From positions 420,001-452,000 of the forward strand of contig NC_008698.1 in NCBI RefSeq assembly GCF_000015225.1: DNA of 32,000 nucleotides, written 5' to 3'. The notes beneath the pieces are model-generated. The model was given only the letters and a program-made list of their open reading frames with translations. It did no database searches and was not told where the DNA came from. The DNA comes from Thermofilum pendens Hrk 5. Lineage in GTDB: Archaea; Thermoproteota; Thermoprotei; Thermofilales; Thermofilaceae. Both the position numbers and the translations under genes were made by a program. This document shows, piece by piece, positions 22,618 through 30,482 of the stretch. The first letter of the stretch is position 1; each line of letters opens with the position of its first letter.

Positions 22618-23222
22618 CCTACCTGTGTCACGCCCTTTATGAGTATTGTGTCAGGCATTTTCGCAGGCTTCATTATCCTAACCTTTACGCCGTACATCCC
22701 CAGCTTGAGTAGTACATGCACAATTGCCTCGTCCACTAGTTCTTCCCCGGGTTCTCCGGACTTGGGGACGTAACCTCTAGTGAATTTCTCGGTGCGATGC
22801 CTCTGGCTTGTTAGCTTACCGCTTATCACTATTTCTGCTCCTCGGGCGCCGGCAGCCATTATCCTGTTTAGAGCAACTAGGGCGGCTCTGCGGAACCTTA
22901 CACCTCTCACCAGGGCTCTCGCCACTCTGTAAGCCATTATTTTCGCGTTCAGATCCTGGTTCGGCACCTCGACAACGTCTATCTGAGGGTTCTCGATCCC
23001 GAACTCCCTCTCTAGGACTTCAGCTATAGCCTTTATGTTAGCTCCCTTCCTGCCTATGACGAGGCCCGGTACTCCAGCGTACACTATCACCTTCGTTCCT
23101 ATCGGTGTCTTGAAGAACTGTGCATGCACGTAGTTTGCACGTACAAGTTGTCGTTGCAGGTACTCGTTGAGCATCATGTACTGGAGACCCTGGCTGATTA
23201 CCTTCCTCGCCGTCGTCGACAT
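22614..23222 (-). CDS. rps3: 30S ribosomal protein S3 (uS3, KH domain)
   Basis: VIVYAGVPGLVIGRKGANIKAIAEVLEREFG is the KH motif. 202 aa, in the operon position between L22 and L29. Confidence 0.92.
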   Translation of the reverse strand: MSTTARKVISQGLQYMMLNEYLQRQLVRANYVHAQFFKTPIGTKVIVYAGVPGLVIGRKGANIKAIAEVLEREFGIENPQIDVVEVPNQDLNAKIMAYRVARALVRGVRFRRAALVALNRIMAAGARGAEIVISGKLTSQRHRTEKFTRGYVPKSGEPGEELVDEAIVHVLLKLGMYGVKVRIMKPAKMPDTILIKGVTQVG

Positions 23223-23230
23223 CCTCCCAC

Positions 23231-23686
23231 CTATTCTACCTCCCTAGCTATTATTTCAACGTGAACTAGCTGGTCGTAGTACGGCGTGGCCCTTCCAAAG
23301 GCTCTTGGGAGGTAATTCCTTATCTTCATCCCTTTATGCGCCGCGGCATGCACTATGCGGAGATTCTCCACGTTAAGTCCCTTAAACTCAGCGTTATTTT
23401 CCAGGTTGTCTAGAAGTTTTAACAAGTTCTTTGCAACCTTGACCGGGTACCTGCCTGGTCCCGGAACGTCGCTTCGATGCCCAACCTTTTTATTGTACCT
23501 CTTAAGGGGCACAGACCTTTTCATCTCGGCGATCTCGGTAAGTATTCTCCTAGCCTCCTCGATGCTCTTCCCCTTAATAAGCCTCAATGTTTCTACTGTG
23601 AGCTTATACGACATGCTAACATCCCGTAGAGAGGCTTTGGCTGTCCTCTCGGGCTCTAACTCCACTGAATACCGCCAAGTCGGCAT
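23231..23686 (-). CDS. rpl22: 50S ribosomal protein L22 (uL22)
   Basis: AKASLRDVSMSYKLTVETLRLIKGKSIEEARRIL.......VPLKRYNKKVGHR......GRYPVK.AK..LKLL.N.E.NAE. Confidence 0.9.
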   Translation of the reverse strand: MPTWRYSVELEPERTAKASLRDVSMSYKLTVETLRLIKGKSIEEARRILTEIAEMKRSVPLKRYNKKVGHRSDVPGPGRYPVKVAKNLLKLLDNLENNAEFKGLNVENLRIVHAAAHKGMKIRNYLPRAFGRATPYYDQLVHVEIIAREVE

Positions 23687-23714
23687 ACCCAGCTACCGAC
23701 TTGGCTCTCCAATT

Positions 23715-23728
23715 CCTAAATAAAAACC
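23715..23728 (-). promoter_or_regulatory. TATA-like box GGTTTTTATTTAGG upstream of rpl22
   Basis: About 30-40 nt upstream of the rpl22 ATG (23686), directly abutting the degenerate boundary motif at 23748. Confidence 0.35.
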
Positions 23729-23747
23729 TTTTTGATACTTCGCGCTC

Positions 23748-23785
23748 GAGGAAGAGGTCGGCGCCGCTCCCCTGTTTGCCTTACC
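23748..23785 (+). repeat. GC-rich cassette boundary motif, copy 7 (degenerate: GAGGAAGAGGTCGGCGCCGCTCCCCTGTTTGCCTTACC)
   Basis: Aligns with GAGGAGGGGGCCGGGGCGCCTTTCTCTGGTGGTTTTACC with several substitutions. It is followed by the relic gene tail. Confidence 0.6.
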
Positions 23786-23789
23786 CCTT

Positions 23790-24135
23790 TTATTCTTGCT
23801 TTGTCCCAGCTTGTTTAATTCTTAGCAGTTCTTCAACAAGCCTACGCGCAACGGGCTTAGCCTGCGCCTTTGCGAGGACGAAGCGGTATAGCGCCTCCCA
23901 GAGCGTCGCATCCTCCGCTGTGTGCTCGAAAAGAGAGTCCTGGGAACCTGGTAGTAAAGCGTACTGCCTGACCTGACAACCTTCACAGTCTACCCCTCCT
24001 CGACCGCCTTCTCGTACCAGCCTGAGGGCGCGCTATCAGCTGGTATCCTAGCGTAGATGTAGGCGTGGACTATATCCCATAAGCACGAAGGTTCAACAAC
24101 ACACCAACAACCGACGCATAGAAGCTAAGCCACCG
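23790..24135 (-). pseudogene. Cassette family protein, relic E (C-terminal ~115 codons; nonsense plus frameshift)
   Basis: The reverse complement reads HAYIYARIPADSAPSGWYEKAVEEG*TVKVVRSGSTLYYQVP. After a 1-nt frame slip it reads DSLFEHTAEDATLWEALYRFVLAKAQAKPVARRLVEELLRIKQAGTKQE*. TGG->TAG lies at 23990-23992 and the frame slip near 23939-23944. Confidence 0.75.
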
Positions 24136-24373
24136 GTAGGCCACCTTCTGCCCGGGTTCCTTACCCTCCTTACTCGGCCCGCCGTAGGCAACATATAAGA
24201 TGTAACTGACCTTGTCACACCTAGCGTCACGCGACACGAACCTCACGTATTCCCATGTACGCTCAACCGCGACGCGGGCGTTGAAAGCAGAGCCTTCTGG
24301 TTGAAAGATGCTCCATTACCGCGCTTCCTTCTCTCTCGCGCGAGCTGGGAAACCCAGACAGATAAAGCGGAAA

Positions 24374-24407
24374 ACCGCCAGGAAAAAGGCGCCCCGCCCC
24401 CCTCCTC
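24374..24407 (-). repeat. GC-rich cassette boundary motif, copy 8 (ACCGCCAGGAAAAAGGCGCCCCGCCCCCCTCCTC)
   Basis: Inverted relative to copy 7. The preceding ~45 nt (GAGCTGGGAAACCCAGACAGATAAAGCGGAAA) resembles the 3' end and stop context of a plus-strand family gene. Confidence 0.7.
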
Positions 24408-24460
24408 ATAGTAGCGCTAGGTTTATATTTAACAAGTAGAGGGGATGCTGGGGACGCTTC

Positions 24461-24736
24461 ATGGGGCGCCATACGCGCGTCGTTGGACCTGCAGGAAGGT
24501 TTGGAGCCAGGTATGGGGCTACACTTAGGAAGAAAGTAGCCGCGATTGAGAGGAAGATGAAAGCTCGCCATAAGTGTCCTAGGTGCCAGGCTGTCGGGAC
24601 TGTAAAAAGAGAGAGTATCGGCATATGGGTTTGCAGGAAGTGTGGCTACAAGTTTGCAGGAGGAGCGTGGCTACCGCGGACAGAGGCTGGTAGAACCTTC
24701 TCGCCTGAAGAGCTGAAGAGCATGGGTCTTGCGTAA
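24461..24736 (+). CDS. rpl37ae: 50S ribosomal protein L37Ae (eL43, zinc ribbon)
   Basis: VGPAGRFGARYGATLRKKVAAIE....ARHKCPRCQ...VKRESIGIWVCRKCGYKFAGGAW. Confidence 0.9.
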   Translation: MGRHTRVVGPAGRFGARYGATLRKKVAAIERKMKARHKCPRCQAVGTVKRESIGIWVCRKCGYKFAGGAWLPRTEAGRTFSPEELKSMGLA

Positions 24737-24788
24737 GCTAGTACAAAACTCGCCAAGCTCGTTGTGCGCAAACACGGCAACCATACGT

Positions 24789-25601
24789 TCAGAGGAGACC
24801 CTTCGCACGTGCTTGCCGCGCAAGTGCAAGCACTTCCTCTGGGTTTATTTCTCGTACCCTCCTGGAGCCCAATACGTTCGACTCCCTTACTAGATCCTCG
24901 GCCACTTCACGGTTTACCCCCAGCCCTATGCGCAGAGCAGTGGTAACGACTCTGTTTATGTACGGAAATATTCTCCTGCTAAACTCCTCGACAAGCCGTA
25001 CATCCTCGGCGCCGAGTCTTCGGAGTGGAACTAGTCTTACGAAGGAGGTGAAAACCTTCGGCGGTGGAAGGAACGCGTTGGGGGGAACGTCGAATAAACG
25101 CTCGATGCTGAAGCAAAGCTGGCTTATCACGCTGAGCCTTCCGTACTCTCTCGTGCCGGGCTTTGCGTACAACCTTTCAGCAACCTCTCTCTGTAAGCCA
25201 AGGTATGCTTTAAGGAGCCCCTCGTCGTAGCAAAGCTTCACTACGAGCTGGGAGGAGATATTGAACGGAGTGTTCGAGACTACGAGGTGACTCGAGCGCG
25301 ACAAGTCTATGCGTAGCGCATCGCCAACCATTATGTCTACGTTACCTATACCCCGCCTGTAGAGCTCTCTAGAAAGGAAGAGGGCCAGCGCTTCATCCTT
25401 TTCGCAACAGAAAACATATGCAGACCTTTCCGACAAGGGTAGAGTGAGGCTCCCCAACCCGCATCCAACTTCGTACACATCTTCGCCGTTTACAAAGGAC
25501 GCGATACGCGAAGCAACGGTGTCATCTACCAGGAAGTGTTGCCCCAATCTACGCTTATACCTTATGCTCCTGAGAGCCTCCCTCACGTACGCCGATAACA
25601 C
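24789..25601 (-). CDS. ksgA: 16S rRNA (adenine1518/1519-N6)-dimethyltransferase KsgA/Dim1
   Basis: LGQHFLVDDTVASRI.......DVYEVGCGLGSLTLPL and the downstream VSNTPFNISS motif. Confidence 0.88.
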   Translation of the reverse strand: MLSAYVREALRSIRYKRRLGQHFLVDDTVASRIASFVNGEDVYEVGCGLGSLTLPLSERSAYVFCCEKDEALALFLSRELYRRGIGNVDIMVGDALRIDLSRSSHLVVSNTPFNISSQLVVKLCYDEGLLKAYLGLQREVAERLYAKPGTREYGRLSVISQLCFSIERLFDVPPNAFLPPPKVFTSFVRLVPLRRLGAEDVRLVEEFSRRIFPYINRVVTTALRIGLGVNREVAEDLVRESNVLGSRRVREINPEEVLALARQARAKGLL

Positions 25602-25669
25602 TGGGAGCCTCGGGTATCCTTAGTGAGAAATACAACTATTTAAAGAGCACGCACTTGCAGAGGTTTGCT

Positions 25670-26059
25670 TTAAGATCCCGACTTTATCTTCAGATTGTTT
25701 ACTTCCTTGATTATTTCATCGACGAGGCTAGCCGCCTCTCCTGGTTCAAGTATCGCGGCAGCAGCCGCTGCGACGTTTATACCGGCGGCTTTTCCAAGGC
25801 GCTCTTTGCTCGGAACGTAGACGTACGGAACCTTCTTTTCCTCGCAGAGCAACGGCAAGTGTGCCACCACCTCTGGAGGATCTACATCAGTGGCTATGAG
25901 AACTAGCTTTGCAAGTCCACGCTCGACAGCTTTAGTGGTCTCGTTTGTTCCCTTCTTTATCTTACCGCCTTTCTCCCTTGCCAGGCTGAGAGCTTGGTAG
26001 GCTTTTTCCGCCAGTTCCGGTGGGACATCAAACCTAACGTAAAACGGTTTCTTGGACAT
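25670..26059 (-). CDS. rpl7ae: 50S ribosomal protein L7Ae (K-turn binding; C/D and H/ACA RNP component)
   Basis: [61 protein letters not shown]. Confidence 0.93.
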   Translation of the reverse strand: MSKKPFYVRFDVPPELAEKAYQALSLAREKGGKIKKGTNETTKAVERGLAKLVLIATDVDPPEVVAHLPLLCEEKKVPYVYVPSKERLGKAAGINVAAAAAAILEPGEAASLVDEIIKEVNNLKIKSGS

Positions 26060-26201
26060 TTTTCGCTCACCTCTCGCTCATCATGCATTCGCACTGCTAC
26101 TGCATATTTAAACTTTTTTGTTTTTCGAGAGCTCGACACGCGTCTCGAAACGGGCAACGCGCGAAGCAAAGCTTCTTAACGGTTTTCGATGAAGTCGGGG
26201 T

Positions 26202-27377
26202 GTGTGGGTGTCTAGCGTTGGTGCAGTAGCGTCTAGGTATGGTTACAGGGTTGACTTCGTGGAGTACCTTGCGCGTTTTTTCAGCCTAGGCTACATCGAG
26301 GATCTCTTTAGGAGCTTGGAGACTCCGGGATCCAGGTATTTCTTCAGAGTTAACACGCTGAAGGTACGTCCGGAGGACCTTCTCGAAGAGCTCCGCGAAG
26401 AGGGGTTGAAGGTATACAGGCATGATCGTTTACCGGAGGCTTTCTACGTGCCAGTAGAGGGGCCTTTCGAGGTCAGACTGCTACCTGGAAAGGTCTATGT
26501 CGATAAAAAGACGGCGGAAAGCGTGTACGTGGGTGCCAACGTATTCGCACCCGGAGTCACGAAAGTAGAGAACGCGAGGGAGGGGGACCTTGTATCCGTG
26601 ATTGCCCCTGGAGGACGTGTAGTTGCAGAGGGAGTTTTGTCTATGGATCCTTCCAGGGTGTTCTCGGAACGCAAAGGGCTCGCCGTAAGGGTTGTGAGGT
26701 CTGTTTATAGGGCTGTATCGCTCCGCGAGACTAGGTACTTTGACGAGGGGCTAATCTACCATCAATCTTTACCCTCTATGGTGGCTGTACGCCTGCTAGA
26801 CCCTCAGCCCGGCTGGACGGTGCTTGATATGTGTGCCGCTCCAGGTGGGAAGACTACGCATGCGGCACAACTGATGGGCGACCACGGGGAGGTTATCGCT
26901 GTTGACAGGACGAAGTCGAAGGTTGATACGATAATGGAGCATGCGAGAAGGCTGGGGCTTAAGTCCGTGAAAGGGCTTGTTTACGATAGCCGTTACATAT
27001 CGGAGTACTTGGACAAGGATAGCGTAGATGCAGTTATAATTGATCCTCCCTGCACGGCGCTCGGAGTTCGCCCGAAGCTGTGGTACGAGAGAGGCTTTGA
27101 CGACGTGTTGAAGCTATCAGATTACCAGAGACAGTTCCTCAGAGAGGCCGCCAAAGTTCTGCGTAGGGGTGGGCGCTTGCTATTCACTACGTGCACTATA
27201 TCGCCTTACGAAAACGAGTTCAACGTCATATTCGCGGCTTCGTATCTAGGACTAAAGCCTTTACCCCTGAGCTTTCCCCCCGTAAAGAGCGGCTTACTGG
27301 GCACGGGTTCCCTACAGTTCGTGCCTCACGAACACGACACCCCGGGGTTCTTCATAGCACTCTTCGAAAAACGTTAG
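26202..27377 (+). CDS. NOL1/NOP2/Sun-family RNA (cytosine-C5)-methyltransferase with PUA-like domain
   Basis: SAM motif [10 protein letters not shown], catalytic IDPPCTALG and TCT(I)SP motifs. GTG start. Confidence 0.8.
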   Translation: MWVSSVGAVASRYGYRVDFVEYLARFFSLGYIEDLFRSLETPGSRYFFRVNTLKVRPEDLLEELREEGLKVYRHDRLPEAFYVPVEGPFEVRLLPGKVYVDKKTAESVYVGANVFAPGVTKVENAREGDLVSVIAPGGRVVAEGVLSMDPSRVFSERKGLAVRVVRSVYRAVSLRETRYFDEGLIYHQSLPSMVAVRLLDPQPGWTVLDMCAAPGGKTTHAAQLMGDHGEVIAVDRTKSKVDTIMEHARRLGLKSVKGLVYDSRYISEYLDKDSVDAVIIDPPCTALGVRPKLWYERGFDDVLKLSDYQRQFLREAAKVLRRGGRLLFTTCTISPYENEFNVIFAASYLGLKPLPLSFPPVKSGLLGTGSLQFVPHEHDTPGFFIALFEKR

Positions 27378-27439
27378 CATATAGACACGCGCTCGAAAGA
27401 AAAGTTTTAAAAGAGCGAGAGTTTTATGCCTTGCAGGAG

Positions 27440-27679
27440 ATGTCTATGAGCTCTCAGGCGCCTGCCGATAAATTCAGCGATGCCGTGCCAGCAGAGGTGG
27501 TACAGATAATAGGTAGGACGGGGATTACGGGAGAGGTAACCCAGGTACGTGTACGCGTACTGGAGGGGAGGGATAAGGGGCGGATCCTCACCAGGAACGT
27601 ACGTGGACCCGTCAGAGTAGGAGACATAGTTATGCTTAGGGAGACTGAGCGCGAGGCTAGGAAAATCGCAACTAGGTGA
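27440..27679 (+). CDS. rps28e: 30S ribosomal protein S28e
   Basis: [60 protein letters not shown]. Start set to ATG 27440, with GCAGGAG upstream. The longer ORF-track version overlaps the previous gene. Confidence 0.9.
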   Translation: MSMSSQAPADKFSDAVPAEVVQIIGRTGITGEVTQVRVRVLEGRDKGRILTRNVRGPVRVGDIVMLRETEREARKIATR

Positions 27680-27785
27680 CGGTTTTCAAGGACCGTATTA
27701 CGTTCTATATACGTTTATAACTCGAGTTTACTTTCGCTGTAAACTTGTAGAAAGCTTTAGAGGTAAAGCTGGCTCTCCAGTTTTG

Positions 27786-28334
27786 ATGATAGAGGTATTG
27801 GCGCGCACACTCTTATATTACGACGTGGAAATTGCGGTGAAAGCACTGAAAGACAAAACCGTAAGGTTACCAGGAGGTCTCGAAGTTAGGCTGAGGCAGG
27901 GCACAAAGGCTAAGCTACCCCTCTTCCTGGCGGAAGAGCTTGTAGAAAGTGAGGTAGCTGAGTACGTAGAGGAAGACCTGGTTAAGAAGGCTGAACTCAA
28001 GAAGCAGCTCTGGGCAGAGGGGAAAAATGAGAAGCTCGAACGTCTCGATGATAGCTTTTACTTGAAGTTTAGGCTTTACGTCCGGGCTCTGGAGAGGCGG
28101 AAGAACGCCGGAGACAGAAATGCCGAGAAGGAACTCGAAGAGTTGAAAACGCTGTTCACAGACCTCGTGAGAAGCAGGATGCGCAAAATCGCTATCCTAG
28201 CTGTTCTTAGCCCGGAGGTGAGCAGGGATCACATAGCAAACATGACTAGAGAAGAGCAGATACTCTACGTCTCACTGTGCAACCTGCTAAACGAGTGGAC
28301 GGCATCAATGAGAAAGTTCGTAATGGGTGAGTAG
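27786..28334 (+). CDS. GINS subunit-like protein (Gins23-like), immediately upstream of mcm
   Basis: KAKLPLFLAEELVESEVAEYVE resembles the LP.W.A..L motif of GINS subunits, followed by a helical C-terminal domain. The position directly 5' of mcm matches the gins23-mcm operon known in Sulfolobus. Confidence 0.55.
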   Translation: MIEVLARTLLYYDVEIAVKALKDKTVRLPGGLEVRLRQGTKAKLPLFLAEELVESEVAEYVEEDLVKKAELKKQLWAEGKNEKLERLDDSFYLKFRLYVRALERRKNAGDRNAEKELEELKTLFTDLVRSRMRKIAILAVLSPEVSRDHIANMTREEQILYVSLCNLLNEWTASMRKFVMGE

Positions 28335-28337
28335 AAA

Positions 28338-30419
28338 ATGGTTGTAACGCAGGCTATACCCCTCACAGAGCGGATAACAGAGTTCCTGAAGAGGTTCACG
28401 GTAGACGGCCGCGAGAAGTACAGGGATGCTATCCGCAGGATGAGCATTGAGAGGAGCATTTCGCTCGTAATAGACTTCGATGATCTTTTGTTATTTGACA
28501 AGGAGCTGGCAGACATACTGCTGGAGCGCCCGCACGATTTCCTGGACGCGGCGTCCAAGGCTATAATGGAGGTTCTCAAGATAGAAAACCCGGACTACGC
28601 CAAGGAAGTTGGCTACGTGCATGCACGTATACGTAGACCACCCGAAATCGTCCACTTGAAGATAAGGAACATAAGGGCTAGGCATCTGGGACGCCTAGTA
28701 GCAGTAGAGGGTATTGTGACCAAAATATCGCCGGTAAAGCAGGAGCTCGTGGAAGGAGTCTTCAAGTGTAAAACCTGCGGCACAGAGCTGACGGTTCCTC
28801 AGGGTCCCGAGGGGTTAACAAAGCCTACCACGTGTCCTGTCTGCTCCGAGAACGGGGTCAAGTCGGCAGGCTTCGTGTTGCTACCCGAGAAGAGCAAGTT
28901 CGTAGACCTACAGAAGTTCGTGCTACAGGAGAAACCCGAAGAGTTGCCTCCGGGACAGCTACCCAGGTCGATAGAGGTTCTCGTGAGAGAGGACTTGGTG
29001 GATGTAGTTAGGCCTGGCGATAGGGCAACAGTGGTCGGGTTCCTCAGGATGGAAGAGGACAAGAAGCTGGTAAAGAATGCTCCACCAATATTTCACGCGT
29101 ACCTCGAAGCGAACTACGTTGAGGTCTCCGCGAAGGAAAACCTGGACGTGGAGATAACTCCGGAGGACGAGAAGAAAATACTGGAGCTAAGTAGGAGGGA
29201 AGATCTAGAGGAGATAATAATAAACTCCATAGCGCCCTCGATATACGGGTACAAAGAGATAAAAACTGCTATAGCGCTACTCCTATTTGGAGGAGTTCCA
29301 AAGATTCACCCTGACGGCATAAGAGTGCGCGGAGATATTCACATACTGTTGATCGGTGATCCCGGAACTGCAAAGAGCCAGCTCCTAAGGTACGTGGCGT
29401 CTATCGCTCCGAGAGGACTCTATACCTCTGGTAAAGGCGCTTCTGCCGCAGGACTCACAGCCGCCGTAGTAAAGGAGAAGAACAGCGGGGAATTCTACTT
29501 GGAGGCGGGAGCCCTTGTTCTAGCGGATGGAGGCGTAGCATGCATAGATGAGTTCGACAAGATGGAGGCGAAGGATAGGGTAAGTATCCACGAAGCCATG
29601 GAGCAACAAACCGTGAGCATAGCTAAAGCTGGGATCGTAGCAACACTCAACGCTAGGGCATCCATCCTGGCAGCAGCCAACCCAGCATTCGGCCGCTATC
29701 TCCCTGGCAGGAATATTTCAGAGAACATAGATCTACCCGTCACGATACTTTCAAGGTTCGACCTAATATTCGTGGTTAGAGATACCCCCAACGCTGAAAG
29801 AGACCGGGAACTCGCACAGTACGTTGTCGACTTTCACGGGGAAACTTACCCCGTATCTTTGGAGAAAGTTCTCGACGCGCAGACGCTCAAAAAGTACATC
29901 GCGTACGCCAGACGCCACGTGCGCCCGAGGCTCTCCCCAGAAGCCAAGAGCAAGATAGTAGAATACTATGTCAACATGCGTAAAAAGAGCGAAGACGCCA
30001 GCTCTCCGATAGCTATAACGCCAAGGCAACTGGAAGCTCTTATCAGGCTCTCGGAGGCTCACGCTCGCATGCATCTCCGCGACGTGGTTACTGCTCGTGA
30101 CGCGGAAGTCGCTATTAGCCTTATGGAATACTTCCTGAGAAACGTCGGCATAGACACGCAAACAATGACCATCGATATCGATACTATAATGACTGGGCAG
30201 CCTAAGTCTCAGCGCGAGAAGCTGATCGCCGTGCTGGACACGGTTAAAAACCTCGTTAGACAAAACAACGGCGAGCCTATAAAGGAGGAGGACCTGTACT
30301 CCGAGTTGGAGAAAAACGGCATTGACAGGAACTTCGCTAGGAAAGCTATAGAGAAGTTGCTTGAACAGGGAGAATTGATGCAGCCGTCACCGGGGCGCAT
30401 TAGCGTTGTTTCTCTCTAG
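28338..30419 (+). CDS. mcm: MCM replicative helicase
   Basis: Zinc motif CKTCG...CPVC, Walker A LLIGDPGTAKS, Walker B CIDEFDKM, arginine finger SRFDLIF and a C-terminal wHTH. 693 aa, with no intein. Confidence 0.95.
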   Translation: MVVTQAIPLTERITEFLKRFTVDGREKYRDAIRRMSIERSISLVIDFDDLLLFDKELADILLERPHDFLDAASKAIMEVLKIENPDYAKEVGYVHARIRRPPEIVHLKIRNIRARHLGRLVAVEGIVTKISPVKQELVEGVFKCKTCGTELTVPQGPEGLTKPTTCPVCSENGVKSAGFVLLPEKSKFVDLQKFVLQEKPEELPPGQLPRSIEVLVREDLVDVVRPGDRATVVGFLRMEEDKKLVKNAPPIFHAYLEANYVEVSAKENLDVEITPEDEKKILELSRREDLEEIIINSIAPSIYGYKEIKTAIALLLFGGVPKIHPDGIRVRGDIHILLIGDPGTAKSQLLRYVASIAPRGLYTSGKGASAAGLTAAVVKEKNSGEFYLEAGALVLADGGVACIDEFDKMEAKDRVSIHEAMEQQTVSIAKAGIVATLNARASILAAANPAFGRYLPGRNISENIDLPVTILSRFDLIFVVRDTPNAERDRELAQYVVDFHGETYPVSLEKVLDAQTLKKYIAYARRHVRPRLSPEAKSKIVEYYVNMRKKSEDASSPIAITPRQLEALIRLSEAHARMHLRDVVTARDAEVAISLMEYFLRNVGIDTQTMTIDIDTIMTGQPKSQREKLIAVLDTVKNLVRQNNGEPIKEEDLYSELEKNGIDRNFARKAIEKLLEQGELMQPSPGRISVVSL

Positions 30420-30482
30420 CGCGTGCGCAGAGAAAAGCAAGGATTTATTGATGCAATCCTTCTCTAACGCGCGGCGCGACGC

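Noticed and set aside
761-24407. Whether the repeated ~30-nt motif could be a CRISPR array or a degenerate one.
   Set aside because: Copies are separated by irregular kb-scale distances, occur in both orientations, are imperfect, and are each tied to a gene 3' end. There are no regularly spaced repeat-spacer units and no cas genes in the window.
26060-26201. Search for C/D-box or H/ACA sRNA genes in intergenic regions near L7Ae and Cbf5 (also 5422-5656, 9809-9891, 27680-27785).
   Set aside because: No convincing C box (RUGAUGA) plus D box (CUGA) pair with terminal stem was seen. No hairpin-ACA architecture was seen either. The AT-rich elements there are better explained as TATA boxes.
27191-27679. 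162-aa ORF containing S28e.
   Set aside because: Only the last 79 codons are S28e-like. The upstream part overlaps the 3' end of the Nop2/Sun gene in another frame. ATG 27440 has a Shine-Dalgarno-like GCAGGAG.
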